A stretch of DNA of 63,709 nucleotides, the filler included, from Phoronis australis (taxonomy: Eukaryota; Animalia; Phoronida), in the NCBI GenBank assembly GCA_002633005.1. It is 6 parts of 6 records of this genome, joined end to end, with 100 filler letters (N's around TTAATTAATTAA, not from the genome) between each part and the next. Parts side by side here need not be neighbours in the genome. Positions count along the whole stretch, not along the records: positions 61,606 to 63,709 come from NMRA01000724.1; 5 more parts are not named here. One strand, written 5' to 3'. The position numbers were made by a program, and so were the translations under genes. Each line of letters starts with the position of its first letter. Position 1 is the first letter of the stretch. The notes beneath the pieces were generated by a model. That model was not told the DNA's origin. It saw nothing but the letters and a program-made list of their open reading frames with translations, and made no database searches. This document shows positions 63,469-63,709 of the stretch, piece by piece.

Positions 63469-63709
63469 ACAGAGGTATTATTGCACAATAGTGCACCCGT
63501 CCATCGGATAAAGCAGCCAGAAGTGGCTGTGGATGCATTATTGCAGAGAGGTGTTATTGCACAATAGTGCATCCACCTATCGAATAAAGCAGTCAGAAGT
63601 GGCCGTGGATGCATTATTGGACAGAGATGGTATTGCACAATAGTGCATCCGTCCATCTGATAAAGCAGCCGGAAGTGGCTGTGGATGCATTATTGGACAG
63701 AGGTGTTAT
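63469..63709. repeat. ~76-bp tandem repeat running off window end
   Basis: TTGCACAATAGTGCA...GATAAAGCAG..AGAAGTGGC.GTGGATGCATTATTG three times. Confidence 0.93.

Overview
Repeat-rich eukaryotic (animal, probably marine invertebrate) draft-scaffold DNA, not prokaryotic; almost all ORFs in the supplied track are spurious. It has five 100-bp gaps, each carrying a TTAATTAATTAA linker. The main host gene is a minus-strand, intron-rich chitin synthase. I traced 14 GT-AG exons with consistent phases from 40372 down to the stop at 26741 (about 1100 aa; CATMWHE, DGDVDF, QKFEY, GEDRW, QRRRW and WGTRE motifs), but its N-terminal exons were not found. Two orphan host-like exons missed by the ORF track are a terminal exon resembling IQANK1 (15879-16044) and a disabled first exon resembling TRM13 (3484-3638). 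The rest is mobile DNA: the 5' end of a Gypsy element (LTR, tRNA-Leu PBS, intact gag start), CR1/L2 and L1/Tx1 LINE remnants, two Kolobok/THAP derivatives, Merlin-, hAT- and Harbinger-like MITEs, tRNA-derived repeats and satellites. The most unusual structure is a 7.3-19 kb cluster of same-orientation Helentron-type (HINE/DINE-1-like) elements carrying roughly 25-30 co-oriented CTCF-like motifs. All homology calls come from motif recognition, not database searches.
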